Part shown: piece after piece, positions 51,725 through 63,798 of the stretch
Numbering within the stretch: position 1 is the stretch's first letter
Layout: every line of letters begins with the position of its first letter
From: Octopus bimaculoides
Taxonomy: Eukaryota
Assembly: GCF_001194135.2 (NCBI RefSeq)
Contig: NC_068994.1
Span: 48,327,852 to 48,391,851, forward strand
Length of the DNA stretch: 64,000 nt
Direction: 5' to 3'
Program-made: the position numbers and the translations under genes
The notes under the pieces: model-generated
What the model saw: the letters and a program-made list of their open reading frames with translations, nothing else
What the model was told of the DNA's origin: nothing
The model's database searches: none

Positions 51725-53752
51725 CTACAGAAAAGTGTCAGCGAGTGACGGTGAGATGGGAAAATAAAATATAAATAAATTCAAGCGATGCGAAACTAAA
51801 TAAGATATTTTAGACATATGATATATTCTAATATATGTTATCTTTGCTTACCCTATATGTCTTCCTCTCTCTGTCTCCATATATGCATGTACACATACAC
51901 ATTAGGCGGTGGTTCAGTTTAAGTAGAGACAAAAAGTATGAAAGCTATTAAAACAAAAACTATTTCGATTTCTTTTCGACATCCTCTAACACATAGAATA
52001 TGAAAAAGGGTTATATGTATANNNNNNNNNNNNNNNNNNNNNNNNNNNNNNNNNNNNNNNNNNNNNNNNNNNNNNNNNNNNNNNNNNNNNNNNNTATGCA
52101 GTCGGTGGGGGGGTCACTAATACTATCTCAATTTTGTTTTCGGGAAGTACAGGAGATAACTCCGTATATGCTTCCGTGTCATTCTGCTTTCATCAGCGAA
52201 GAGTAGCTTCCACCGCACATACTGAGATAGTGATAAACGAATCACTAGGTTGATGTACAAGATTGCTCATCAGCTGACGAAGGAAAATATTATGGTTTGA
52301 AGATTAAATAATTCAGACATCATTCGAAGAAAAAAAAAAAGCCACAGAAGAAGTATGTACAATAGTCACCTGACCCATTAGTCAATTCTCCATCAACTGA
52401 TACCGTACAGTCTCGAAAAAGGAAGGACACATTGAATAAAAGATTCTTAGAAACTTCTAAAAGAGGCTTGGGACACAATTGAAATGCCTTTCACCGCAGT
52501 TATTCTCGATTAGTGTTTGTTCTGACGCTAAACAATAGTTAAGTAAGGCAGTTAATATAAAGTGTGTTAAAAGAGCATTCTATAAAATTTTTAGTCAGAA
52601 TTTCACATAGTGTCTGCAGTGACTGACAAGTTCTGATTTTTTTATATTCAATCCATTCCAAACTTGGAACTACACACACACACACACACACACACACATA
52701 CTGGTGGCGCCCAAGCATAGCCACAGCCTTAGGGCTGAAACATATAAATGAGTAAAAAAATATGTATGTATGCGTGTTTACGCGCGTGCATGTGTATATA
52801 CACATGTATGTGTGTCCGTGTGTGTGTGTGGTATAAGTCAAAAGAAAAGCAAGATTTATAGAAAACCGGAAAATGATTGATATTAATTAGCTTCCAGCAA
52901 CTACATATCACACGCACACATTCTTACATACTCATGTATAAGTTTTAAAAATTAGAAATATAATCTAAACAACTAAAGGACCAACATAGTACTCTGGCGG
53001 AGTAAAATACAAGAACAAATCCCCCTTTCCTACAATAAATAATCAATCCCGTTGTGGTGGTGGGTTTTACAGGTTACGAACCAGCAATCTCTTGTTCGGC
53101 CACGTTCTCAAATCCAAATAGACTAAATCAAACAATATATGTAAAAAACAAATAGAAACAGAGTCGGAGGGAAACGGTGGCCGTCTGCTTCAGCAAAGAC
53201 TATGGATTTAAATTCGCAAATTTGAATAAATTTGTATACTATAATGCAGACCCAAGAGGCCCGACATGCGAATGGGGACCTGTAAACATCTGACAGGCCC
53301 CTCTCAAACCCCCACCCTAAAAGAACTTACAGCACCCATGAATTTTGCATTCATACCCGAAACGGACCAAGACTGCTTCGGGGATAAGAGGAGGAGAATA
53401 GCATTTCCTTCCTCTTATCCTCGAAGCAGTCTCGTTCCGCCTTGCAAAATTTCTCCAGAAGGAATTTCCGTGGGAGCGTGAATACTGATGCTTCAGACGA
53501 AGCGTTCCTTCGGTAAAACAATTTAAACCGAACATTTTTTTCCTCTGAAGAAAATTTTGCCCGAAACCCTAATATTCACGTCTTCGTCCCTTCCCACCAC
53601 GGATTACATAGTCGTAAAAAAATTGGCAAATTTCACTTAATACATGTACCTGTTTGATACGCACAAACGCAAAACACATTCAAACATTTAGAACGTACAA
53701 CAGAAAGCAAAGCTCTTACAAAATGTAGAAAACAAATATAAATTATATTCAC

Positions 53753-53909
53753 CGGACCAGGGCAAATTATCAAGAATGGAAGTTTCGTTCAAAAATGATA
53801 CGATTTGTGATAAACCGTGCATATTAAACATAGCTTCCTTTAATGTTCCGTTAAAAACCTTCGTTGCTTGGGTACATAGGAGACATGACAAAAACAGAAG
53901 CAGCTTCAT
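53753..53909 (-). CDS. Secreted fasciclin (FAS1)-domain protein, TGFBI/periostin-like, exon 1 with signal peptide (MKLLLFLSCLLCTQATKVFNGTLKEAMFNMHGLSQIVSFLNETSILDNLPWS)
   Basis: ATG followed by a hydrophobic signal-like segment; G|gtgaat donor on the - strand; 157 nt, phase 1, in frame with the next exon. Confidence 0.85.
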
Positions 53910-54010
53910 GACTTTTTTTTTCTGATTTTCTTTGCCCTGCGTTTCTGTTTTTATTTTTTTTTTGTTATTGGTTTATTTCTAACATCTAGCAGGCGATCGT
54001 AATTGAATAA

Positions 54011-54017
54011 TTTTATA
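54011..54017 (-). promoter_or_regulatory. Possible TATA box of the FAS1 gene
   Basis: TATAAAA on the - strand about 100 nt upstream of the ATG. The AT-rich context makes a chance match likely. Confidence 0.3.
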
Positions 54018-54265
54018 AGTCTGTAGGAGTATATATATATATATATATATATACATACACATACATATGTATATATATAAATATGTGTGTGTGTGCATGT
54101 GCGTGTACATGCGTGTGTCTGTGTGTATACACATATACATGTATACATATATGCACACACACACACATACGGACACACATTTATACACACACACGCGCAC
54201 AAATATGTGTATATATGTATATATATATATGCGTATCTATGCATATGTATGTGCGTACATATGTA

Positions 54266-54301
<36 letters not shown>

Positions 54302-54425
54302 TTTATATGTGTATATGTATATGGGTATATATGTACATGTATATATTGAAATAATTGTAATATTTTTTTGTTAGTGTCGTTGTTTTCCTGCTGTAGTTAA
54401 TCTTATTACGAGATATTAACAGATA

Positions 54426-54473
<48 letters not shown>

Positions 54474-54687
54474 CATGAATATATGCATACATACATACAT
54501 ACATACGTGTGTATGCGTATATGTATACATATNNNNNNNNNNNNNNNNNNNNNNNNNNNNNNNNNNNNNNNNNNNNNNNNNNNNNNNNNNNNNNNNNNNN
54601 NNNNNNNNNNNNNNNNNNNNNNNNNNNNNNNNNATATATATGTATATATGTACACACACATATATATGCACACACGCACTCAATCAC

Positions 54688-54731
<44 letters not shown>

Positions 54732-55888
54732 TTATGGGTATAGGTGTACTCACGCCAGTACAACCTATATTTTTATTGACCTATTTATTCCCGAACTATC
54801 TATGTCAACCTGATAAGTGATGTGAGATTTCCAGGTGGTTAGCAAAACTTTTCACTTCAATTTGTAATTGCGTTTCATAACAGTTTCTTCTCTCAAGCAT
54901 CGCAGCCCGTTGTAAATCCCCCCCCCTAAAAACTACGTGAGCAAGTCTATATTCAAAACACCTTGAAGAATTCTGTTAAAAAAGATGGAATTCTTCACGA
55001 TATCCCTCACCATGATCTCGACCTCGGCACCCCGATGTGATTACGTCCGCTTATTGGATTGGGTTGCCTGTGTTCAGTTCACTGCTGAACGAAGGCCTCA
55101 ACATGTTCTCCCCACCAAACACGGTCTGATATGGAGGCCGTGAATTTAAGCTTGAAATCATACTGGTCTGATGAATCTATTCTGCCTCACTGCTTCGACA
55201 TGACTTAGCATAAAAATTCTATATAATTTTGAATGTTATTAAGTCTCCATAATAGTTTATGAAGTAAGCTGTTCCGCTAAACACATGTTGGTTCGGGTTA
55301 AATACTTATTGTATTAATATCTGTCTATTTATTCTTGTTGGTGAAGATAACAGGTAGTAGAATTAATCATAGGACGAGACGAATCGTGTGTTTGCAACAC
55401 GTTTTCAGTTTATCTTTGAAGCCACTTCATGAATCACATCCTCATAGCTCCTTTTAATGCAACGTTGATAGCTCCCTCTGTAGCGAGGCTCTCTCTGAGT
55501 TTTGAACCATCGCGTTCAGTCTCTCCTCAGTTCAGAAATACAGCCTATCGTTACGGCCATAAAAATTATGGCCAGTTATGAAAAATTAATTTTGTGGTCA
55601 TAAAATACATTAACGCCTACGCGAAGATGGCTAATCAGAGCGGTTGGTGTGGAATTTCGCAAACCAGTTTTGTGAACCTTCGAGAAAAACTCCTTTGGAT
55701 AATAAAAAAAGTTGGCGAACTGAAATCCCAGTCAGAGCTATCCAGTAGCTCACATGGAACCCTTGTGACCCTCCTCTTCGAAGTTTCATTACAGAACAAC
55801 CCCTGGCGTTAGACGGGACTATGTCACTCAGTTCCATGACCGGTATTCTTTTTCTACTTGTTCTGCTTATCATTATGACCTGAAACAG

Positions 55889-56032
55889 TTTGATTCGGCT
55901 CCATGCAGCTTAAAGTTTCGTAGGGTCGTCACAGGACCCAAGCTCGTCGGGCTCAGACGGTCCTCTGAGCCTGACGAGCTAGGTACCTGTGACGACCCTA
56001 CGAAACTTTAAGTTGCATGGAGCCGAATCGAA
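55889..56032. repeat. 144-bp near-perfect palindrome (69-bp arms, 6-nt loop cggtcc)
   Basis: Left arm 55889-55957 is the reverse complement of 55964-56032 apart from about 6 positions. Confidence 0.95.
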
Positions 56033-56134
56033 TTCTTTTAAGTAATAATATATATAACTCCTACTAAATATGTTGAGTGCCTCTTTGTTTCATTTGTCCA
56101 TTCACTCACGCGCGCACACACACACATATACACA

Positions 56135-56587
56135 CTGTTGAAAGCCTTCTAAACTGTTGTATTTGTCTCGAGAAAGCTTCTCTTGTAGCCCTGTAGTGTT
56201 AAATACAGAGAAATATATCAGCAGCAGTCGAAAATAGCCCAGCACCGGAGGTGGTATTACTAGATCCGTATTTTTGCTTTTTAAAAGCTTTATCAATCGT
56301 AAATATCTACTGGAAACCGCATGTCAAACGAACATCAGCTGCCAGCTGAAATAGTTAAGCAGTAAATAAAAGGTCACTGATGCCGCATTCATTTGGCAGG
56401 CCGAAAAATACTATTATTATCGACGGAAGCAGCATATGCTCAATATTTGCGATCTGTATATCAACTTAATGCATATATGCTGTTGAAAGCCTTCTAAACA
56501 ATGGTATTCGTCTCTAGAAAACATCTCTTATAACAAGTATAGTGTTAAAATACGCAGAAATATATCAGTAGCAGGTGAAGACTGCCC
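56135..56587 (+). repeat. Diverged direct repeat of about 105 bp (56135-56240 and 56480-56587)
   Basis: Both start ctgttgaaagccttctaaac and share gtctc.agaaa, tagtgttaaa and gaaatatatcag.agcag. Confidence 0.85.
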
Positions 56588-57639
56588 CTGCTATATCAGC
56601 ATGTCTCCAAGCTCGTTTCTTTCACAGCAGTCACATCTTTATACTTCAGCAAAAGTTGGCTGACCTTGGTTCACATATCCTGACATAGATTTATGAAACG
56701 ATGGCAAGTTGCAGTGATCCATTGTTCAGTCAGCTCTTCTTTCTCTATGTCATTGCTGTTGTTTCTGCAAAAACAAGAAAATATTTCCAAATCCAGGCGA
56801 AATGTATCCATCAATTTCACTGTTGTGAACAAATGCAACAGTGAATGGATGGATTTGGTGAGGGGTATAGTCAATTATATCACTCGAAGTACTTGAGTGG
56901 TGTGTCATTTTATCGACTCTCGGAAGAGTGAAAGGCACAGTTGATCACGACGGGGTTTGAACTTAGAACGTAGAGAACTTGTACAAATACCGCAAGGTAT
57001 TTATTCCCGGCGCTCTAATGATTCTGCCAACCCACCAGTTTCCACGCTACGCTAAAGACTTCAAATATATGAGAACGTGACATGGTGATATGGAGGACTC
57101 ACTGACTGACGATTAAACAAGTACTATTGCGTATTGTTGTTGTTTAGCCTCCAGGGTGGTCAATGAATGAGCATACCCATGATTTAAGCCAATGCAGCCG
57201 TGACCATTCAGTCCTTTTGTCTATTTAGGACAACTATGTCCCAGAGAGCAGAATGTGATTTGAGGGAATTTGGCAGCTACTTTTAGCAGCAGATCGAGGG
57301 TGCGTGTAGGTGCTCCGTCTTTGGCTAAAATACGATTAGTGATAACCTTCTGTGCTGTCCCACGTTGAATTATTGCTTACTTGTGTTATTTTGAAACTGC
57401 ACTTAAAGAGATATTCAGATTTAGATAACATCGTCGTTACAATACAGACAAAACAGATGGTGTTTTTGTTGTTTTTTCGTATTTCGGTGCGTGTGATATT
57501 ATTCTTTTTTTTTCTTTTTTTTTTTTAAAGCAGTGACCAGAGGAGGAAGAGAACAAGCAGTGCACATGTCCCGTAGATTCCTAAAACTAATGAGAATAAT
57601 GAGGTTGGCGTTCAGTTCCAACTTCTGTTAGTATTTGCT

Positions 57640-57855
57640 TTTATCTTTATTTGTTTCAGTCCTTGGACTGCGGCCATGCTGGGGCACCACCTTGAAGGGT
57701 TTTTGTTGAGCGAATCGACCCGAGTACCTTTTTATTAAAAAAAAAAAAATCGGTATTTATTCTGTCGGTATTTTTTTTGCCGAACCACTAAATTACAGGG
57801 ACGTACACAAACCAACATCGGTTGTCAAGTGGTAGTGAGAGACAAACGCAAACAC
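57640..57855 (-). mobile_element. 3' half of a family D SINE abutting the 5' edge of the Tx1-like LINE
   Basis: gactgcggccatgctggggcacc...aatcgaccc...ttctgtcggt...gccgaacc.ctaa.ttac.gggacgta.acaaaccaacatcggttgtcaag is the reverse complement of the family D 3' half. Confidence 0.75.
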
Positions 57856-57859
57856 AAAA

Positions 57860-60660
57860 CTGGTCGAAATGAGCTGACAATGTAAACAAAACTATATCGA
57901 CGAGCTACCTGACCCAATAGATCTGGATGGTACTCAACTGTCAGTATTAGTGGAAAGTAGAAAGCCAAAATGTCACATATGTGGATCTATGGCTCACTTA
58001 AAGGCTTTCTGCCCTCAAACAAGGAAAACAAAACTCCCACCGCTGCCAACACTACAAACACCACAAACACAGAATCATGAGGGCGTGCTTAAGCCTGTTA
58101 CACCTACACCCAAATCAAGAAAACGAAGGAGTTTACTCCCAGCTTCCACGGAAAAGCAAGCTTCTTCTGAACGCCCCACTCCGCAAACCAACAACAACAG
58201 CAATGGCACGGAGAAAGAAGAGCAGACCGAACAACGATCACTGCGGTAAAGGGGGTTGGCAAAAGAGGAGGAGAGTACATAGTCCTACTCCAAAAACACA
58301 GCAAAAAGATACACAAAAACCACAACTGCAGCTCAATTCACAACCACTCCAACAACAACAACAACTACAAAAACAGCAACATCATCAACGACAGCATGAA
58401 AACTCAGAAACACAGAAGCAACCAATAATGGAACTGCAAAAACAAGAAAATACTTCCAACTACAAGCGAAATGTATCCATCAATTTCACTGTTGTGAATA
58501 AATGCAACAGTGAATTGATGGATTTTGGGGAAGGAAGATGGGTGAACGACGGTAGCAAACTTTAGTTAGTACCTGGACGAACGCGAGATGCCGTGAGAAG
58601 TCGATGACGGTCACTGAAATAGGGAGGCGATGAGCGATTGCAAGTCGCAAATCACCCTCTTTGGATAGTCTGCCTCATGAATTCTATGTATTCATATCAG
58701 ATTTGATTGGCAGTTTCTTGGCAGACGTCAACCATGACTGGCAGCAGAACGGAAGAATTCTTAGTGCTGTTAGCCGGAGTGCTGAGAAAGGGCACCGACA
58801 ATGGGGACGTGCTAGAAAATTTTCGGCCCATAACCCTGCTAAACACAGAATTTAAGGTTTTGGCTAAGGTGTTGGCAAAAAAGTTGGCGCTTGTTGTCGG
58901 TAGTCTGGTTGGAGAGGCGCAAACGTGCGCAATCCTGAATAGGTCTATCCACGACAACCTCCACCTTATGTGATACATCGTAGATAGGGCTGGGACTAAA
59001 GCTGGCTACGGTGGGGTCCTGATCAAAGTAGTTCAGTTAAAAGCATTCGATAGGGTCAACGATTGCTACTTGGACGTCCTTAAAGCGGCCGGTTACGGAC
59101 CCGTTTTCAGGGGTTGGAGTGCTGCAATGTACAGTGGTACCTGATCGGTGGTAAAAGTAAACGGCCACCTACTGGAACCGTTTCGTATCGCACGTTCGGT
59201 CCGTTAGAACTGCCTGCTGTCACCTCTCCTGTACGTGCTGGCCCTCGAGCCACTGCTGCGGAAGTTGGAACAGTTAAGGAGCATCCCTTTCGAAATTGGA
59301 CTAGTGAGAACAGTGTTAGCGTACACGTACAATGTCACCATCATGGTTTCAGATACCTCAGAAGTGGAGACGGTCGGCTTCATTGTAAAGGAATATGAGT
59401 CGGTTGCAGGGGCCAAAATAAAAGTCAACAAGTCGGTGGGATTGCGACTGGGTACCTGGAGAGGCAGATCGATGCCGTCGAATGGTGTCGTCGGACGCTG
59501 GACTGACAGACCAGCTAAACTGCTCGGAGTCTGGCTCGGTCCCAACCTCCAGGTGGATAAGAATTGGGACGAGGTGGCGAACAGGGTGGCAAGACTTATC
59601 CAGAAATGGAGAGACAAGCTGTTCTTGAAAGGTCGGGCAGAAGTGATGAATGCCTACATCGCTGCCGTCATCATTCATCACCTGAACGTTGTTCCTTGCC
59701 CCAGTTACTGCTTGATTATGTTGGAGTGTTTCTTGTTCATTTTCTAATGATCAGGCGGACAATCTGCTGCCAGATTCCTCTGCATGGCGGTTTAGACATG
59801 CCATGGCTTTTGATGCGCAGATACGCACTCTGCTTGTGCTACCTGCAATGATTTCTAGACGGTGAACGCGTATGGGATCCCATTGTGAGACACGTCTTTC
59901 TGCAGCTTGTTTCTTTGACGGAGCTGCAGTCCTGGATGAAGGATAGACTGAGACTGGGTGCTTGGCACCTAGAATGTCGTCAGGCACTCACTGCCCTCTA
60001 CCAGTCGGGTCATAGGATTATTAGATGTTCCACTTTAGCCATATATAGAAGATTAGTAGCGGAGAAGTGCGACGACATTCTCAGAGAGATCCTGGTTGTC
60101 GACGAAAACGCACTGGCTACTCTGTTCCCGAAGGTTTTCCAGCCGGGGACAACTATGGATAATCTCCAGATGTCTTTGACCTGGCAGTTCTACCAGGGGG
60201 CAGTACTGGTTCGAGATAAACTCTACAGGCACGGATGTGCTGTCAGATGGGTTTGTCCAAAGTGTGTACAGAGCGACGGAACCGTTCTGCATGCACTCGT
60301 TCAGTGTTCTGGCATTGCTGACTTGTGGAGTTATGTCGAACAGCTGCTATCATGTGTGGGAGACGGATCCGTCTGTCGGCCGAGTCCACAGTAATGATTG
60401 CCTCTCCGCCCTCCTTTAATCGGGCAGGCAACGCTGTTTTCCTTTGCCTGATGGCTGTGGAAAAGATGGTTGTCTGGTGGACGAAACTGAACGGAAAGTG
60501 AGGGTGGAGAGGGAGTGGGTGAAAGTTGCGAAAATGGCAAGAGTGGATGGTCCTACTCTAAGTGTAGACCTGTGAGTCGGAGGGAAAGAGTCGGTATTCC
60601 TTGTCCTTGGTATTCAGGTAGACTTGGATGGTGGGGTTCCTCGATTATCCCTAGAGGTAA
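57860..60660 (+). mobile_element. Decayed L1-superfamily (Tx1-like) LINE: ORF1 C-terminal part, RT and C-terminal zinc finger; endonuclease absent
   Basis: ORF1 knuckle CHICGSMAHLKAFCP; RT motifs KSPSLDSLPHEFY, NFRPITLLNTEFKVLAKVLAKKL, AFDRV and LALEPLLRKL; YADD decayed to YTYN; KLLGVWLG; CPKC..TVLHALVQC. Many frameshifts and stops. Confidence 0.88.
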
Positions 60661-61006
60661 CGCGCACGCACACACACACACACACACGCACGCACACACA
60701 ATCCCCTCACATATAGATATAAGGGTATTAGCGATAGAACCTGTATTCATATTGAAAAGCAATCTTTATATCCAGGCTCAACTTACTTTAAGAATGCCAT
60801 AAATTGCAGTATTCGCCCCGCGAAAGCATCTCATGCAGAAGTACAGTGCTAAAAGGCACAGAATATCGGTAGCAGACAGAAGAATGTCCACACCAGTGCT
60901 GAAATTACTAGATCACGTTATTTCAACGTGTTTGTATTTCATCAGCTCAGGTATCCACTATCACCGTCTGCTATACGAAACACACACGCGCACGCACGTA
61001 CACACA

Positions 61007-61095
<89 letters not shown>

Positions 61096-61396
61096 TCTGA
61101 AATGTACAGTATTATATATCCATCACGGCTGATCTTACCAATCGGTTTCGCGCTAGGAATACAACGGAGTGTTAGGTAACAATCCGGCTATATAACCTTA
61201 CGCTCATCAGAGTTAGCAGATATGAAAAGTAATATGGCGACTGATCTCTATTGTCGGAGGCGAATGGGCACATCCGGTTTGCGGTTGCTGTGTGTATGTA
61301 TGTATGTGTGTGTGTGTATATACACATACACACACATGTATTATACATAGTATAATACATGTGTGTGTATGTATGCATGTATGTATGTGTGTGCGC

Positions 61397-61459
<63 letters not shown>

Positions 61460-62382
61460 TATATTATACATACATACATGCATACACACACACATACACA
61501 CATATAGATAGTATTTGCCTGTGTATAGGGTGCACTCACGCATAAGATGCACTCCTATTTTCCGAGTATATTTTGTATTTTTTAGGGAAAACGAATTTAG
61601 CATGTTTCCTTTATGCACTAATTCAAAGATATTTCTAAGTATTTTTGTGAGGGAAATTGTTTCATTCTGTCCATGCATATGTAGTGCTGTAACAGTATAT
61701 TCGAACGATAAAATTATGAAACCATAAATTTATACAGAAACTAAATATATGAGTACCGTGTTTCAATGTTATCTTCTTTCAGAGCGACTGTAGTTGCTTA
61801 TATTTTTGGTAAAGAGTTGTATGGCCATAAAGGATGTAAGACTCGTATTTATGTCTGTGATGTTTTGTGTTGCCGCTAATTGCCACCCCCTTGGTCCATC
61901 ACCGCTGAAGCCTTAATACTTCTTTCCTCTTTCTAGGATAATCTTCACTTAGATTTTCTTTTAAAACATGTTTCTTAAAGGTAACACAGTCTTTAAATAA
62001 TGTAAAACACATATTAGGTGGGGGTTATGCATGATGGAAAAGGAAGTATAATGAGATGATGCGATCTCTCCACATAACTGTCGACACACCGTAAGAGATT
62101 TTCCTTAAGTTTGTGCTAACAGATTGTGGTATTCTGGCTTATTTTCATTATTTATTTTATTAGTAACAATTATTGTATTAAGTGGACTGATGCTCATTCG
62201 GTCTCCCATCAATAAATACGGCTGCATTAGGCGCAGATAAATTTTTTGATTCACATAAAAGTAAAAAAAGCATCTTATATGCCTGCAAATANNNNNNNNN
62301 NNNNNNNNNNNNNNNNNNNNNNNNNNNNNNNNNNNNNNNNNNNNNNNNNNNNNNNNNNNNNNNNNNNNNNNNNNNNNNNNNN

Positions 62383-62422
<40 letters not shown>

Positions 62423-62591
62423 TATGTATATGTATTTAATCCATAATCGTTAGTCCGACAAAATATGTGTTGTCGAAATAACAATTATGGTTTAAATGTT
62501 TATGCATTCTCGTTGAGCTCTATATAACCACCGGACGGAGGTTCTTGGAATTAGACATCTCTTGGAATACATACATACACACACACATACA

Positions 62592-62622
<31 letters not shown>

Positions 62623-62669
62623 GTACAGACAGACATGCATACAATCATACACGCATACCACATATACAC

Positions 62670-63180
62670 ACTTGGTGCAACCCTCAGGCATCAGTCTGCC
62701 GACCGGCGGCGTCTATTGCAGTCATATTACCACGTTGTGTATCTTTGTTTTGCAGTGCTTCTTTCCTGTTCGTCGATTTTTGTGATGGCTGAGACGAAGG
62801 AACAGCGTGCTTTCGTGAAATTCTGTTTTCTACTTGGGAAAACGGCCGCCGAAACAGTTGTCATGCTTCAAACAGCTTACAAGGACGCTCCATGAGTAAA
62901 ACACAAGTTTACGAGTGGTTTCCACCCTTTAGGAATGGTCACTTGTCGCTTGAAGACCAACCTCGTTCAAGACGACCGTCGACCTTCCGAACGAATGAAA
63001 ACACGAAAATTCAGGAACTGTTCTTGGTGGAAAGTCATCGAACAATTGACGAACTTGTTGATATGACTGGTGTGTCCTGGAGCTCCTGCCAACGACTTTT
63101 CAGCAAAGAATTGCGAATGAAAAGAGTTGCAGCAAAATTTGTGCCTCGTTTACTCACGGAAGATCAAAAGCAGTCATGAC
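62670..63180 (+). mobile_element. Mariner transposase pseudogene, N-terminal HTH half (ATG at 62785, frameshift near 62891)
   Basis: MAETKEQRAFVKFCFLLGKTAAETVVMLQTAYKDA / MSKTQVYEWF..F.NG..SLEDQPRS.RPST...RVAAKFVPRLLTEDQK, including the WVPxxL-equivalent KFVPRLL motif. The 5' boundary is approximate. Confidence 0.88.
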
Positions 63181-63701
63181 TGAATATTCTGAAGGCGATA
63201 AAAGTGTAAATATATAAAACTAAATGAATTAAATAATATTGCAAAATTCCGGTTTCTTCTNNNNNNNNNNNNNNNNNNNNNNNNNNNNNNNNNNNNNNNN
63301 NNNNNNNNNNNNNNNNNNNNNNNNNNNNNNNNNNNNNNNNNNNNNNNNNNNNNNNNNNNNNNNNNNNNNNNNNNNNNNNNNNNNNNNNNNNNNNNNNNNN
63401 NNNNNNNNNNNNNNNNNNNNNNNNNNNNNNNNNNNNNNNNNNNNNNNNNNNNNNNNNNNNNNNNNNNNNNNNNNNNNNNNNNNNNNNNNNNNNNNNNNNN
63501 NNNNNNNNNNNNNNNNNNNNNNNNNNNNNNNNNNNNNNNNNNNNNNNNNNNNNNNNNNNNNNNNNNNNNNNNNNNNNNNNNNNNNNNNNNNNNNNNNNNN
63601 NNNNNNNNNNNNNNNNNNNCCTTATAATTTAACACACTTACCAGTAAAACTTCCACTTATTCGTTATTTTTATTTTCCTAAAATTTTTGTTACGTCTTGC
63701 A

Positions 63702-63798
63702 ACCTTTTAAATAGTCTTGACTCTCGAGTCAAGACTATTGAAAATATACCACCTTTTCAATAGTCTTGACTCTTGAGTCAAGATATTGAAAATATACC
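63702..63798. repeat. Two tandem 48-49 bp units, each containing a palindrome with 19-bp arms
   Basis: tttt[a/c]aatagtcttgactc-t[c/t]-gagtcaaga(c)tattgaaaa occurs twice. Confidence 0.92.

Noticed and set aside
53951-54820. Many overlapping HT/VC/YI-rich ORFs (also near 3.8, 7.2, 37.8, 40.1 and 61.2 kb)
   Set aside because: They are translations of (CA)n, (TA)n and (TACA)n microsatellites.
61510-61590. Resemblance to a pogo/Tigger-like terminal repeat (gtatttgcctgtgtatagggtgcac...cataagatgcac)
   Set aside because: Only one end is apparent and no transposase remnant was found; too weak to list as a feature.
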